From the NCBI GenBank assembly GCA_951406725.2, contig OX597820.1, positions 63,488,001 through 63,552,000 of the forward strand: a stretch of DNA of 64,000 bases, given 5' to 3'. This DNA comes from Octopus vulgaris. Its lineage: Eukaryota. This document shows positions 1-12,113 of the stretch, in pieces. The stretch's first letter is position 1; each line of letters opens with the position of its first letter. A program made the translations under genes and the position numbers. The notes under the pieces are model-generated. The model made no database searches. It was not told where the DNA came from and saw nothing but the letters and a program-made list of their open reading frames with translations.

Positions 1-504
1 ATCACCCGCACCACCATTCTCTATATTCTCATCAGATTCAACACAACCACTGCCACCACCAATCCGCCCCCACCCCCGTAATGACCTGTAACAACAATTG
101 CAACATGATAACTCCATCTAAAATAAAAGACAATGACATGAGATAATGTAGTAACTTAGTGTATTTTAGAAGTTGACTGAAATCTCTTTGATCTTAAATC
201 AAAGAGGAATGACTTGAGACTAAACAGCAATAACTATTCAATTAATATTATCATCATCACCACCAACAACAACAGCAACAAGAATATTAACCCCCACCTT
301 CACTGACATCCTCCCCACCCCGTCACCAGCTACCACCAATGTCAAACCCACTACAGCCAACACTATCACTATCAAGGCACCAACTTTTTCAGTATAACTG
401 ATGACGTAAATAATAGTATGAACCTGAAGCAGCGTTTGTAGCTAAATAACTATTATGTCAACCCAACGGTTTGTGAGTGCATGTGTGTATAATAGACAAA
501 TGTA

Positions 505-522
505 GAAAGAAAGAAAGAACGA

Positions 523-570
<48 letters not shown>

Positions 571-591
571 AGAAAGGAAGGAAGAAAGAAA
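505..591. repeat. (GAAA)n microsatellite
   Basis: Direct reading of tandem GAAA/GGAA units. Confidence 0.95.
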
Positions 592-789
592 GCCCAAGTC
601 ATGCTTGTGAGGGGGTGAAGTACTTACGAACCTAGTAAAAATTAACTGGAATCATATCCATACTCCCTCCCGTCTCACTCCTTTCATAATCTTATCAACA
701 TTCTTACATCAGTAAGAATAAGGGATTCTTTTTTTATCACCCTCACAACTCACATCTTTCCTGCACTTTCTTGTACACTTCTTACGTTA

Positions 790-1525
790 CCATGCAAAGG
801 CATTACACAAGATATTTAACTTGATACGTTTAAAAGGCTTGATGCAAGGCAAAAAAAAATATTCAGCTACATTGCTAAAACTTTAAAGCTTGCACCGTTT
901 ATAGAAAAACCATACTTGAAGATACAGAGAAGACTACACTAAGGACTCTAGAAGCTGCTCTTTTAAATACTTGTACCCGCTTTCCTTCGTAGATGCAATG
1001 TGATGATTAAAATAGTACGGTTTTTGAGTGTATGGATTGATCATCAAAAGCAAGGTAATGTAACACAATGGTAATTCAAAAAAATAAACATAAAATTTGT
1101 ATGATGATTTGCAGGAACGGAAAGGGACACTAATGAAAGGCCGTTTCACGTTTGAAAAAGTTATTCTGATAGGATTAAACAGTAGGATAAACGGTACAAC
1201 ATAAAATGCAAGTTCCAAAAACACCTGACACACGTTCAGGTGTAATATGAGAATAAAGCCTCTATTCCTGTATCATTCCGAAAATCTTATGTTTTTTTAG
1301 AGATACTCAAAATTTAATCAACCTCTCATTTAGCCCTCAGATAAGAAAGTATGATGATAAGGATGTTTTTAAAATCTCCGCGTTTTAACTTATGTGTCAC
1401 AATTATTTACTTACTTAGGTTGAAGTTGCAGTTTTGGTTGAAATGCAATGAATGTCTGTGTTCTATAGTTTATGATCGGTTATCCTGGACTTCGCAGATT
1501 AGTTTTGGGGAACGAGAAATACTTT
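790..1525 (+). mobile_element. Degenerate Tigger/pogo-type DNA transposon remnant
   Basis: Frameshifted + strand peptides occur in Tigger order: LDTFKRLDA..IAKTLKLAP..TILEDTEK (psq/CENP-B-like HTH), RFLSVWIDHQKQ (second HTH) and RIKPLFLYHSEN (cf. KLKPLLIYHSENPRA of DDE_1). Boundaries are approximate. Confidence 0.65.
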
Positions 1526-1796
1526 AGCAAAGACTGTCATACTCGATAGTCAGTCGATAGAAATCATATATGGCAATAAAGTATATTTGTATGTCAGTTT
1601 TTATGTATTCTTTTATGCATGTATACAAGTGTAAAGACACATGCATATTTAATTGAACAATTTGCCTTTGAGGTTTATGTGGTGACGTGCACAGAGTTTG
1701 AGTCACTTCCTAGAAAAGTAGCAAACTATTTTGCTTGAATGGAAAAGTTTCAGGAATTTCTTAATGAACTCTCTGTGCATATATGTACGTAATGAG

Positions 1797-2090
1797 GGTG
1801 CATTACTGAGTGGTTAGGGCGTTGCACTTATGATCGCAAGGTGGTGGGTTTGAATCTCAGACTGGGTAGCGGGCTGTGTTTTTGAGCAAAATACTGCATC
1901 TCCTCTTTCTTTGCGATTTCTTCGACATCGTAAGTATGGCACAGCGTGCCCCTATAAAAGGGAATTTGATTGAGAGGAGTTAGCTAAACTACAGCGCGAA
2001 CGTTTGATCACAACATCAACAAAAATCATCTGTGCATCTTGTTTAGTGAGAAATTTCACACCTGGCTTTCTCTGACCCGAGAGACTACCA
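1797..2090 (+). mobile_element. tRNA-derived CORE-like SINE, degenerate
   Basis: A-box-like GAGTGGTTAGGGCG and B-box-like GGTTTGAATC, followed by CORE-like GTGTTTTTGAGCAAAATACT. Confidence 0.6.
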
Positions 2091-3962
2091 TTGCATTATG
2101 TTTGGATAAACCTGTACTCACGTTTTGATGGCTTCTTACGTGTGTATTTTCTTATCGTTTATATATGGGTATAAATATATGCAGCTATATGCCCATAAAT
2201 TCGCGTGCATATGTTTTCCCCAGAGAACTCAAATGGAAAATTCCTGTAACGTTTGACACATTTTCATTGTATAAGGGTTTAGTTTTCGTTGAAAAAAAAA
2301 CACAGGAATTCTAGGCTTTTATAGAAACGTGTTGTTAAATCGATGTGAATGTGTTTGCTTTGTTCAGTTTTGGAGAAACCCATCAATTTTAAGCTTTTGT
2401 ACGAATATCCTTTGTTATGTAGGCTAGTATTGTAAAGTATGATACGTATCATGATGTATACAAGACACTCGTCAATTCCCAGAAACTTGTAAGCTTTCAT
2501 GTTTAGAAATAGGAGAGATACACAGACCGCTGGTATTCATATTCATTGGCTGTTAAACAATCATTCCTCGACTGAATTCCACTGATATACGCCGCTCACA
2601 TAACAACTAGATCACGTGTTCTAACTATCAGGAATATTCCCTAAATTCTGCCGAAGGATGTGACCAAAACAACAACTATAGGAAACATTGAAACATAACT
2701 ACCTTCCTCGTAATAATTTCTAGAAGGAATTCTACCATGTTTCATCTTTCGAATGTGTTTACACTCTCGTATTTGTTGCTAGTTATCATTTTATTCGATA
2801 TTTTATTCCAAATTATTTAGGCCTCACGGAATGTAATTTCACTGTGGAAATATCCCATCTTCAATTACTATTTTGTAGCTATAAGTCTTCCGTCCATATA
2901 TCGATAATCATCGTTAATACGAACGCCATTTACAATCTGTTGTACAGCTGTAGTTTTAGGAACAAATCTTCTCGTGTACTACTTACTCTGTTCGTTTTCC
3001 TTTGTCGTGTTTGTCTTCTTCCTTATTTCTTATATGTATTCAGGTGCTTCTGTTTATTTTCACATGCAATCGGTGATGTGTCTAGACCATACCACACTTT
3101 ACATCGTGAGAAGTTTTGCAGTTTCAGTGATTAGATATGTCAAGTACTAGAATTCTGAATTTTAAATTCGGTTTTGTTTATCACTTCAAGACGTACATTC
3201 ATACATACATGGCATTATACAAACATACAAATCTAGGTAGAGATAGAGATAGATAGATAGAAAGATAGATACATTGAAGTCCCAATTAATATATTTACAT
3301 AAAGATGTATCAATGCATATATTTATGCACACACATACACATACACACACACATACACACACACACACATAAAATATATATTTATATGTGTATGTATATG
3401 CATGTACTTATATATGTATATATGTAACTGTATACATATGTACATTTGTGTGTGTGTATATATATATATATCCACACACACACATACATGCATACATACA
3501 TACATACACCTATAAATACTTAAGAATATGGATTCAGGTCCAAAGCTATAGACACACGCATGTAAACACACACGTCTGTTTGCGTTCTTGCATTATATAC
3601 AAAAACGTACATATCTACGTTAGTATATAGATCGGTGCAGAGCTCGAGAGATTGATTGATACAATGTGAAAGTTGATGGTGCACTCACCTTTCATATAAT
3701 AAGAGTGAACTTTCGAAGACTTTGATGTCTTCATTCGAGCCGTCTAGACCTCTAAGCACAAATCATTTAGTTACCGGTGTGTATTGTTTACCTATTGATT
3801 ATATACAAACGCGTGTGTATATGTGAATGTGTGGGTGTGTATGCATATATCTATTCTATATCAACATGTATGAATACACGTGCACACACGCATACTCACG
3901 CATGCATATACACACAAACGAACGTGTATATATGTGTGTATATATATATATATATATGTGTG

Positions 3963-4021
<59 letters not shown>

Positions 4022-4317
4022 ATGTATGTATGTATATATAAGCATTTTTGTATATTTTTATTTCTACATGACTAATTGAAAGAAAATGGAAAATGCCACA
4101 AATATTTATATTGATCTGCTCTACGTATATATGTGTATATATATATATATAACATAAGGGACTAAAGCCATCTGAATATGGCTAGGGACAGGGCAGGGTG
4201 GTGGGGGTGTTACTGTTGCATTTAGCCCCAGGCGAACATCGACGTCACCAGAAAGGCTCGACACCGTCACGGTGCCCTAAACCTGCAAAGGGAGGTAATT
4301 CCCCGATGAAGCGGAAA

Positions 4318-4367
4318 CCACACACGGACCATGGTTTCAAGGTGTATTGCCTATCATCGGCGTGTGG
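4318..4367 (-). ncRNA. Type I hammerhead ribozyme (U4C core variant), unit 1
   Basis: Minus strand reads CCACACG-CCGAUGA-UAGG CAAUACA CCUU-GAAAC CAUG GUC^CGUGUG UGG. Stem I is CACACG/CGUGUG, stem II is AGG/CCU and stem III is the palindrome ACCAUGGU. Predicted cleavage is between 4327 and 4326. Confidence 0.8.
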
Positions 4368-4677
4368 TAGGCCTCCGCTTCCTCGACGAATTCTCTCTCT
4401 GCAGGATTTTCTTATATAGATTTTCAAGCAAAATACATTTGCTGATTTCGAAAATCTGTTCGAAAGCAATAATAATTCTCTAAAAGGGATATAGACAGTA
4501 ACTGCTCGATAACATAAGGGACTAAAGCCATCTGAATATGGCTAGGGACAGGGCAGGGTGGTGGGGGTGTTACTGTTGCATTTAGCCCCAGGCGAACATC
4601 GACGTCACCAGAAAGGCTCGACACCGTCACGGTGCCCTAAACCTGCAAAGGGAGGTAATTCCCCGATGAAGCGGAAA

Positions 4678-4727
4678 CCACACACGGACCATGGTTTCAA
4701 GGTGTATTGCCTATCATCGGCGTGTGG
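4678..4727 (-). ncRNA. Type I hammerhead ribozyme (U4C core variant), unit 2
   Basis: Identical to 4318-4367, shifted by 360 bp. Predicted cleavage is between 4687 and 4686. Confidence 0.8.
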
Positions 4728-4917
4728 TAGGCCTCCGCTTCCTCGACGAATTCTCTCTCTGCAGGATTTTCTTATATAGATTTTCAAGCAAAATACATTT
4801 GCTGATTTCGAAAATCTGTTCGAAAGCAATAATAATTCTCTAAAAGGGATATAGACAGTAACTGCTCGATAACATAAGGGACTAAAGCCATCTGAATATG
4901 GCTAGGGACAGGGCAGG

Positions 4918-5270
4918 CTGCTGGATGGCTCTATGGCTAGCAACAGGACTCTGCACCATGCCACACATGCAGGAGAACCCATCCTGGCTGTCAGACAATT
5001 TCTACGACCATATCACCTCTAAATTCTGGCCACTATACTCCCTAGACTGCAACCCGCTTGATTATTATGTGTGGGTCGCAGTTGAGCGATAGAACAACAA
5101 AACTCCTTGTAATGCCAACTTAAGCAATGAGACAGACTAGAAGAGTTGCAGGAAATTACGAAGTCGTCTGGAGGCCTGGTTGAAGCCAATGGCGATTTTA
5201 TTGAATGCATTTACTCATTAGCATTGCGAGATACTTTTATGTAACTCTGGTAAATATATCTGTTAAATGT
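4918..5270 (+). mobile_element. Tc1/mariner (maT/DD37D-like) transposase 3' remnant
   Basis: Peptides QQDSAPCH..SWLSDNFYDHITSKFWPLYSLDCNPLDYYVWVAVER..EANGDFIE match the WPPNSPDCNPLDY-type catalytic region. Stops and frameshifts are present. Confidence 0.85.
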
Positions 5271-5929
5271 GTCAGTACTATTTACAGATTTAATAATAAA
5301 ATGAAGTCTCATTATTACGAGTGATAGAAGTGGGATCCCTCACCGTAGTAGATGATTTATACAAAGGCATATATTTAGCACGTGTAGAATTGCTATACGT
5401 ACAACGATTAATATTTGAAATTCCACAGTTATTTTTATTACTTCTAATCTTTGGATTGCAAAATATCCTTTTAGATTCGGATGTGCAGTAGACATGTCCA
5501 TTATTAGGTTTTGCATACCATATGGCATAACAATCATAGTTTGCGAAAAAATATGGTTTGTCAATGAGAGATTTTGTGTTTTTTTTTTGTTTTTGATTTT
5601 TTTATATTTGGAAGAAATCATTGTATTTTTATGGGAAAAGGAGGAAGAGCGATAGCATTTAATTCTGTCATTAGGAACATTCAATGTTTTCCCAGAAGGA
5701 AACTTTATTCATATACTTATAATGTTTAGCCACATCTTTACAAGAGGGATTGATATTACTAAGTTAATAATCTGAACGACTCGCAGTTTAAGTTTACTAT
5801 TGTTCATATATTATATTTCCTTGCCATAACCTCATCGTATTAAAGCATCATCCCATTAAGCTGAAACATTATGAAATATTTTACGTTAACTGATTTATAA
5901 GAAATTATAATTGATATATTTTTAACTAA

Positions 5930-6700
5930 ATGCTTTTTAATGGATCAAGAATTATTCAATCTAGTATTTATCTAGTGAAGATTATCATTAGGTTTATGAT
6001 TAGGATAATATAGATGTGAATATAAATTAAGAGCCGGGTGAGAAAAAGCAACAATTTTGGTACTCCTCTCAAAGCTAATTGTTACATTATAAGTTCTAAA
6101 ATTGAAAGAACGATTAACGATATTTAACAGAGAATCATCAAGGTGTAGACCAACGTCCTAAGCTATGGAAAATGTTCTATAAAATACAAACACGATAGCA
6201 GCATGATTTTGTCAATTACATAATATATTTTTAAAATATGACATGTAGATTCTCTAGTCCAACAATTATCACTGAAAAATATAATTTCGCTATTGGCTAC
6301 TAAAATATCATCTATTTCTATAGAAGTTGAATAATGTCATTCTAGCGAAGTCAAGGGCTTGCATGAGCAGGATAAGGAAAATGGAAGAATGATAACAGAA
6401 ATTATCAAGTTAAAGGAAATATTATTTTTCTGTTTTCTAGATTACATCAACAATGTTATTACAAAAAATTGCTTAAACATATTTCTTGAAAGTAGGTATT
6501 ACCGTATATATTATATTTACCAATTTTACCCAAGCCAGACTTCGATGATCTCATTAATCTAATAGAAGCATTTTTAAGAGATTCTCTATTATGGACCATC
6601 ATAAACTAAGTGAAGAGTTCTTGGTTTTAAATGTTTTGTCCAAATCCTTCAAACGACTAAGCGCACTGAAAGTCAAATTATGATGGACTATACCTAATTA
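5930..6700 (+). mobile_element. Possible highly decayed Penelope-like RT fragment
   Basis: Only faint motif echoes (LSKLI; LKYDM..PTI resembling FDI..FYPSI). Weak. Confidence 0.25.
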
Positions 6701-6949
6701 TTAAACCAATTTTTGTCTAAATACACATCACGTTAGCTCTACCCCTCGCAGATGAGGTCTTATTTGGTTCATAACGCCTGCAGGGTACATGCAAGTAATG
6801 CCAAACAGATTTTAAATTAACTCTCCATCAACATCCGCGCCACACTGGACACAAAAAAGTGACCCTTTCGTTCATTTCATACGTACAAATACACACATAT
6901 ACGTACATGAACGAATACTCAAACACAAGCACATATATATGTTTTTTGT

Positions 6950-7003
<54 letters not shown>

Positions 7004-7089
7004 GCACATATGAAATTGTTAAAGAGGATAAGAAACGTTAAAGCAAGGCAAACATCTCAAGTCATATGCATTATTATTATTATTGCAAA

Positions 7090-8000
7090 AACGATTCAAA
7101 GTCTTACAGCTGTTTCTGGGATATCCCAGAGTTTGGGATATTCCATCCTCGGAGACATATAGAGAAATTGAGAAAGTTATAGTTTAATGAAATGACGACA
7201 TAGAGGATAGGAGTAAAGGAATAAAAGAAGTAAAAAGAAGCATAAAATTTACAGTTCAAATTTCCGATCATGTAGAATTAAGTCCGCAAGTCCTTAGGTG
7301 CAATCCTGCATAAGTGCATATAGGTTAAAGTCCTGATAGTGTAAATATCCAGAAAAAAGACGCGGACACATCAACGTACAATAACAGAATGGTAGCAGAA
7401 GTGGCTATTAAGTGGTAAAAAGAAAGACTAATAAAGAAATATATAGAAAAAGAGGTAGATAGAGTGAGGGAGGAAGTTAAGGATTGGCGTTAAGGATAGA
7501 ATAACGTATTTAAAAATATATTGTCTAAGTATATAGTGTACAAAGATTTCTAAGAAATTAACAGAATGGAGGAGGAGGTAAATGAGGATAACGTAAAAAA
7601 AACATAAAATTAACAAAATAGAGCAAAATGAAAAGAATTTAAAGTTAATAGTAGGTGCCACGGGTATTCTTCTAGTTTATAGGGGTTGGGGACGAAATCT
7701 AGTAGTAAATGCTTGTATCCGTTCTGGCTAAGGTCAGAGGTTGTAGATTCATATTTAGCAATGGGGTTATAAGTGTGTAGGCAGAGATGAATGGAGGAGA
7801 GACTAGTTGAATGTTAAATTATTTAGGTGTAGGAGTTAGAATTAAATATAAGATTTATTGGGTTAAGGTTTAAAAATAAATTAACACATTAATATATACC
7901 TTATAAAGTGATGTGGTAAGGTTGATAGAAGAGATATAGGGTATGTGCTAATTATAATGGTGGTTTGTATGTTGGTGTTGTTCGAGGGTGTTACATGTGT
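7090..8000 (-). mobile_element. Penelope-like element 3' part (decayed GIY-YIG region plus HHR-bearing terminus)
   Basis: Minus-strand echoes of the PLE endonuclease (KVYI, STSLSS, YNL*) lead to a clear HHR at 7101-7156. Confidence 0.5.
7101..7156 (-). ncRNA. Type I hammerhead ribozyme (CCGAGGA core)
   Basis: GUCU-CCGAGGA-UGGAAUAUCCCA AACUC UGGGAUAUCCCA-GAAAC AGCU GUA^AGAC. Stem I has 4 bp, stem II pairs 11 of 12, and stem III is the palindrome ACAGCUGU. Confidence 0.8.
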
Positions 8001-8099
8001 GTTATTCTTTGATATAACGATAGGCTCAGCCGACTCCTCTCGGGTCACAGATCTAGTTGAACTGTGTCTCCTTCAGCTTCACACACAATTACCCCACAT

Positions 8100-9010
8100 C
8101 AAATGAGATTTATATAGAGATGATGCACTTTTAATTGCTACTAGCCTAACAAAATCTGAATTAGATAAACTTGAAAGCCCCTACATAAATACTTCGCCAA
8201 CCTATCTAACACTTTTGAAAAGTCTTAGAGAAAGAAAATGTTCTAGGTGTTACATTAGATTTAAACTTTTCACTATCCTTGCCGTATCATGAATCCAATC
8301 AATACGTTAAGTATATCAACACTGAATCTAGCCACCATAAATCTACTTTCGAGTGCATAATCTAAGACATATGCATCAGAATATCCGATCTATCCGCTAC
8401 TAAGGAAATCCTCAGTAATTACGCCAATTATTACAACCATGCTCTAGCTCCTAGAGGTTTCTTCCAGAAGCTTAGATTTATACCCAACTTAAGGAACACC
8501 TCTCGAAACTTAACCATAGACAAACGCACACCAATAGTGGAAAGCCAAACCCTCCTACTACGATCAAACAATATCGCCCACCTAAGCAACCACACACATA
8601 ACGTTCGATCTATGAATACTAATACTAATACTAAACCTTGCAACTCTCTTCTAACTAGGAATTACACCGCCCCAAACTTGCCTAATGAAAGAGGCGGGGT
8701 ATCTATTCTCTGGTATACACCCCCATTCTCTTTACACTTTAACAGCCTCACTAAAGCTTTCGTTAAAATAGTACAATCTAATTTCCAATGTAACCACAAG
8801 TAGCATTCTCTCTTTAACAGATCCACTTTTAAATTATCCTATTCCTCTACTCAAAATACAGAATTTGTTACCACCTCATCTAACAAACGTAACCTTGGCT
8901 CTTACTATCTAAATGCATACAATCCTACCATAGACCCACAAAAGGAAAATACTAACACCGCTCACAATAAAATATCAAGTAGCCCGGGCCCTACCACTTT
9001 AAATAACTTA
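8100..9010 (+). mobile_element. Penelope-like element RT/thumb remnant
   Basis: LYRDDALLI (PLE YRDD motif), YINTESSHHKST, SDLSATKEILSNYANYYNHALAPRGF and ILWYTPPFSL (cf. IIWFNPPFS). Disrupted. Confidence 0.8.
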
Positions 9011-9294
9011 AACGTAAATAATATAGGCCCCCACTTCAGAGGGTAACAGACGCACAGCTGAAGCCGCTGCAAACATTAATAGGCACACTGATACTAACAA
9101 TACTAAGATTATAAATACTGCAACTAATAATGCCTATACAACAACCAGTAATAGGTCTAGCAATAATACTGATACTAGCACCAACGGCAATATTACCAAT
9201 AATGCTATTACTGCCAGTGCTGCTGCTACTGCTACCACTGCGGCGGTTGTTGCTGCTGTTACTACTACTACTGCTACTAGTAGTAGTAGTAGTA

Positions 9295-9357
<63 letters not shown>

Positions 9358-9408
9358 TTCGTCTTGTATGTTGATTGTGTTCATTCATTATAAATCTTGA
9401 ATTATGCT

Positions 9409-9469
9409 TGCACTGATGAGTAAAGAGTGCACACCACTGCGCTGATTACGAGATCACAGGCGATCTGTA
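9409..9469 (+). ncRNA. Type I hammerhead motif, probably inactivated (GAAA>GAGA)
   Basis: UGCA-CUGAUGA-GUAA..AGUGCA..UGCGCU..UUAC-GAGAUC ACAGGC GAUC^UGUA. It lies in a short element (about 9360-9600) that ends in (TA)n. Confidence 0.6.
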
Positions 9470-9600
9470 CCTGAACTCTGCTTTTAAGTGACTTGTTTCA
9501 AGAGTTGCATTCGGTACAATATGTTTTTTTTATTTTAGTAATTTTGACTTTAAGAGTCCCTCCTAGCGTGTGGCATTTATGTGTAATAATGTCCTCATTA

Positions 9601-9659
<59 letters not shown>

Positions 9660-9705
9660 CATATGTATATATATGTATATGTATACATATATATATATAT
9701 GTATA

Positions 9706-9770
<65 letters not shown>

Positions 9771-9887
9771 AATCATTACATGATGCGCTAAAGGACAAAT
9801 ATAAGGAAATCTAGGAGCACATGTATAAACTCCGCTTGTGAAGTGTATACACAGCAATGTTAGCGTACAGCATAATTTTATAAGAGA

Positions 9888-10258
9888 CTAGCAGTATCGC
9901 CCGGCGTTGCTCGGGTTTGTAAGGGAAATAACTATAAAGCATTTCTAGAGAGTTATAGCCAAAAAATGGGAAAAAAATGATGGTAAAATTTTTTTTAGTT
10001 AAAAAGGTCGAGTTGCGTCCCCCAGACAGTCTGTGGTTTGTGTTTCTGATTCTCGACCCCATGTCGAATTTATCGATTTTTTTTAGAACTGGGGGAACTT
10101 TTCAAAATTTTCGCTGCGTTAGTTTTGAATTATGACATTGGGCTATGTGTGTGTCAAGTTTCATCAGAATCGGTTGAAAGCCGTGGTCACGGTGAGGGTA
10201 CAACCTAACAGACACACAGAAACACACACAGACAAACTGCCGTTTATATATAGAGAGA
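9888..10258 (-). mobile_element. Non-autonomous Helitron
   Basis: The minus strand starts A|TC, has a (CTGT/GT) tract near the 5' end and a subterminal hairpin CCCGAGCAACGCCGGG, and ends CTAG|T. There is no TSD. Confidence 0.85.
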
Positions 10259-10393
10259 TGAACAGTACAAAATAGAAGTGGAAATAACAAAGAGAATAAA
10301 TAAATAACAGAGCTGTTTAAAAATGTTCATTTCTACATTAGCTGTAGCAGCGCATTATATAACACTAATAACTATTAGTATATTGTTGTATAG

Positions 10394-10449
<56 letters not shown>

Positions 10450-10471
10450 GCTCATTCCAAGAGTTGAGGAA

Positions 10472-10503
<32 letters not shown>

Positions 10504-11466
10504 AGAGAGAGAATATACTCTTACATGTATTTTATACTCATTTACTACAAATAGTAATTTTGATATATCATGTTTGTGAGCAATATTTAAAGTATCTAAT
10601 AAAATGGGAACATAAATAAACCGATATTTTGTAGGCAATTAGTAATTTGGCAAATGATATAGATATTTTACTGAAAACATGAAAAATAAAATACGAAATT
10701 ATTAATGCCATATAATACAACGAAGCAGATAATATCAAAGTTCAGCAGAATGCTGATAATAACAAACGCTAATACTAATCAGTAATTGTCGATATAAGAT
10801 CAGTCAGTTAAATTAGAATAATTGATTAAGTTTGAACAATTGATTAAATATATATAAGTATGATGGCCTGAGCGAATGTAGCAATACTGGGTTATAATAA
10901 TGATGATATATCGATGTAAAAAAAATAAAATTTAATAATGTTATGTATATCATAATCATTTGTAAATAGACTATTGTTAATGTCATATGTACTTGAGAAA
11001 AGATATATGTGTATATATGGTTACGATAGAAATATGAACATACTTAGGGGAATATAATACAAAAGAGTAAGATCAGCTGCCAGGTATAATCAAATTGTTG
11101 ATGAATAAAGTTAAATTAAAGTAACAATGGGGAGTTACTACTTGTAAACCCTATTTTAATTTTATTATATAAAACCATTATGATTCTTAATACGTCTAAG
11201 TAGATTTAACCAAGTATTTACATTTACTTGTATTAATATCAGAATTTGTTAGAATCGAACAAGCTACTGTTCATACAGACACTACCATATACCATCTTAA
11301 TCACAACTATAACAATGAATTGTGTTGTGTATTAAAACCACGAAATTTCATGCTTGCATTGAAAGGCGTTTTTATATCTTCATTACTTAATGTACTTCGA
11401 TTTGCCCTTAAAATCTCAAGGGCTTCACGAGTACATAATTAACAATTTTTCTTGTTTAGTTTAACT

Positions 11467-11713
11467 CAGTGGTTTTCAAAGTGAACGGTATTGCTACTCT
11501 GGAGGCGGCGGAAAGAAAATTGGAGCCGTTAACGAGGTGGCCAAAAACAATCAAATAATAGGTTAATTTGGTGAAGTTTTATTTATGAAATACAGTTATT
11601 TTGAATTTGATGCAGAAAGTGGTCTACATTTGTGGTGGTAAGTGGGTAGCGTGATAGGAATGTGGGCCGGGTACGAAGTGGGTGGCATCCCTTAAAAAAT
11701 TTGAGTACCACTG
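11467..11713. mobile_element. hAT (Charlie-like) MITE
   Basis: TIRs CAGTGGTTTTCAAA / TTTGAGTACCACTG. An 8-bp TSD is only partly recognisable. Confidence 0.7.
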
Positions 11714-11886
11714 GTTTTGTTGTATACAAAATGTACCGTTTCTTGATACAGTCTATGCCTTAGGTTCTAGATCAATATGTTTTGCAAGCGAGGTTGAGTA
11801 ATAAAGTTATGAGTTAGAAAAATGAATGACGGTGCATATAAACGCATTTCTTGAAACAGAGGCTGTGAACACCATGTAATATATTT

Positions 11887-12113
11887 CTTTACTACCCACA
11901 AGGGACTAAACACAGAGGAGACAAACAAGGACAGAAAAACGGATTAAATCGACTATATCAACCCCAGTGTGTAACTGGTACTTATTTAATCGACCCCGAA
12001 AGGATGAAAGGCAAAGTCGACCTCAGCGGAATTTGAACTCAGAACGTAACGGCAGACGAAATACGGCTACGCATTTCGCCCGACGTGCTAACGTTGCTGC
12101 CAGCTCGCCGCCC
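11887..12113 (-). mobile_element. tRNA-derived SINE, family A (Meta-like central domain)
   Basis: Head GGCGGCGAGCTGGCAG..GAGTTCAAATTCC, then GTCGACTTTGCCTTTCATCCTTTCGGGGTCGAT. Several other copies lie in the window. Confidence 0.85.

Larger units (their letters stand above)
4149..4917 (-). mobile_element. Candidate non-LTR retrozyme: perfect 360-bp tandem array (2 units + 49 bp) with one type I hammerhead per unit
   Basis: 4149-4508 and 4509-4868 are identical, with a partial third unit at 4869-4917. Each unit has a minus-strand HHR. The sense 3' end runs into (AT)n and the 5' end abuts a mariner fragment. Confidence 0.85.

Noticed and set aside
3700-3745. Hammerhead-like GAAGAC..GUCUUC-GAAAG..CUC on the minus strand
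   Set aside because: There is no CUGANGA core in register and no stem I.
4495-4589. HDV-like or twister ribozyme from the minus-strand pseudoknot-like pairings (GGGGCUAAA/UUUAGUCCC and ACAGUAAC/GUUACUGU)
   Set aside because: The pairings exist, but the P3/L3/P1.1/P4 elements of HDV and the P4/GAGGG elements of twister could not be placed. One helix also competes with the covarying AGCC/GGCU stem.
4198-4829. Duplicated 73/74-aa ORFs on both strands of the 360-bp repeat
   Set aside because: They have non-ATG starts and no recognisable motif, and the ORF is not evident in the 12.6-kb relative, whereas the RNA structure is.
4149-4917. CRISPR array or ordinary satellite interpretation of the tandem
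   Set aside because: There are no unique spacers or cas genes and the context is eukaryotic. Only 2.14 units with an embedded HHR argues against a simple satellite.
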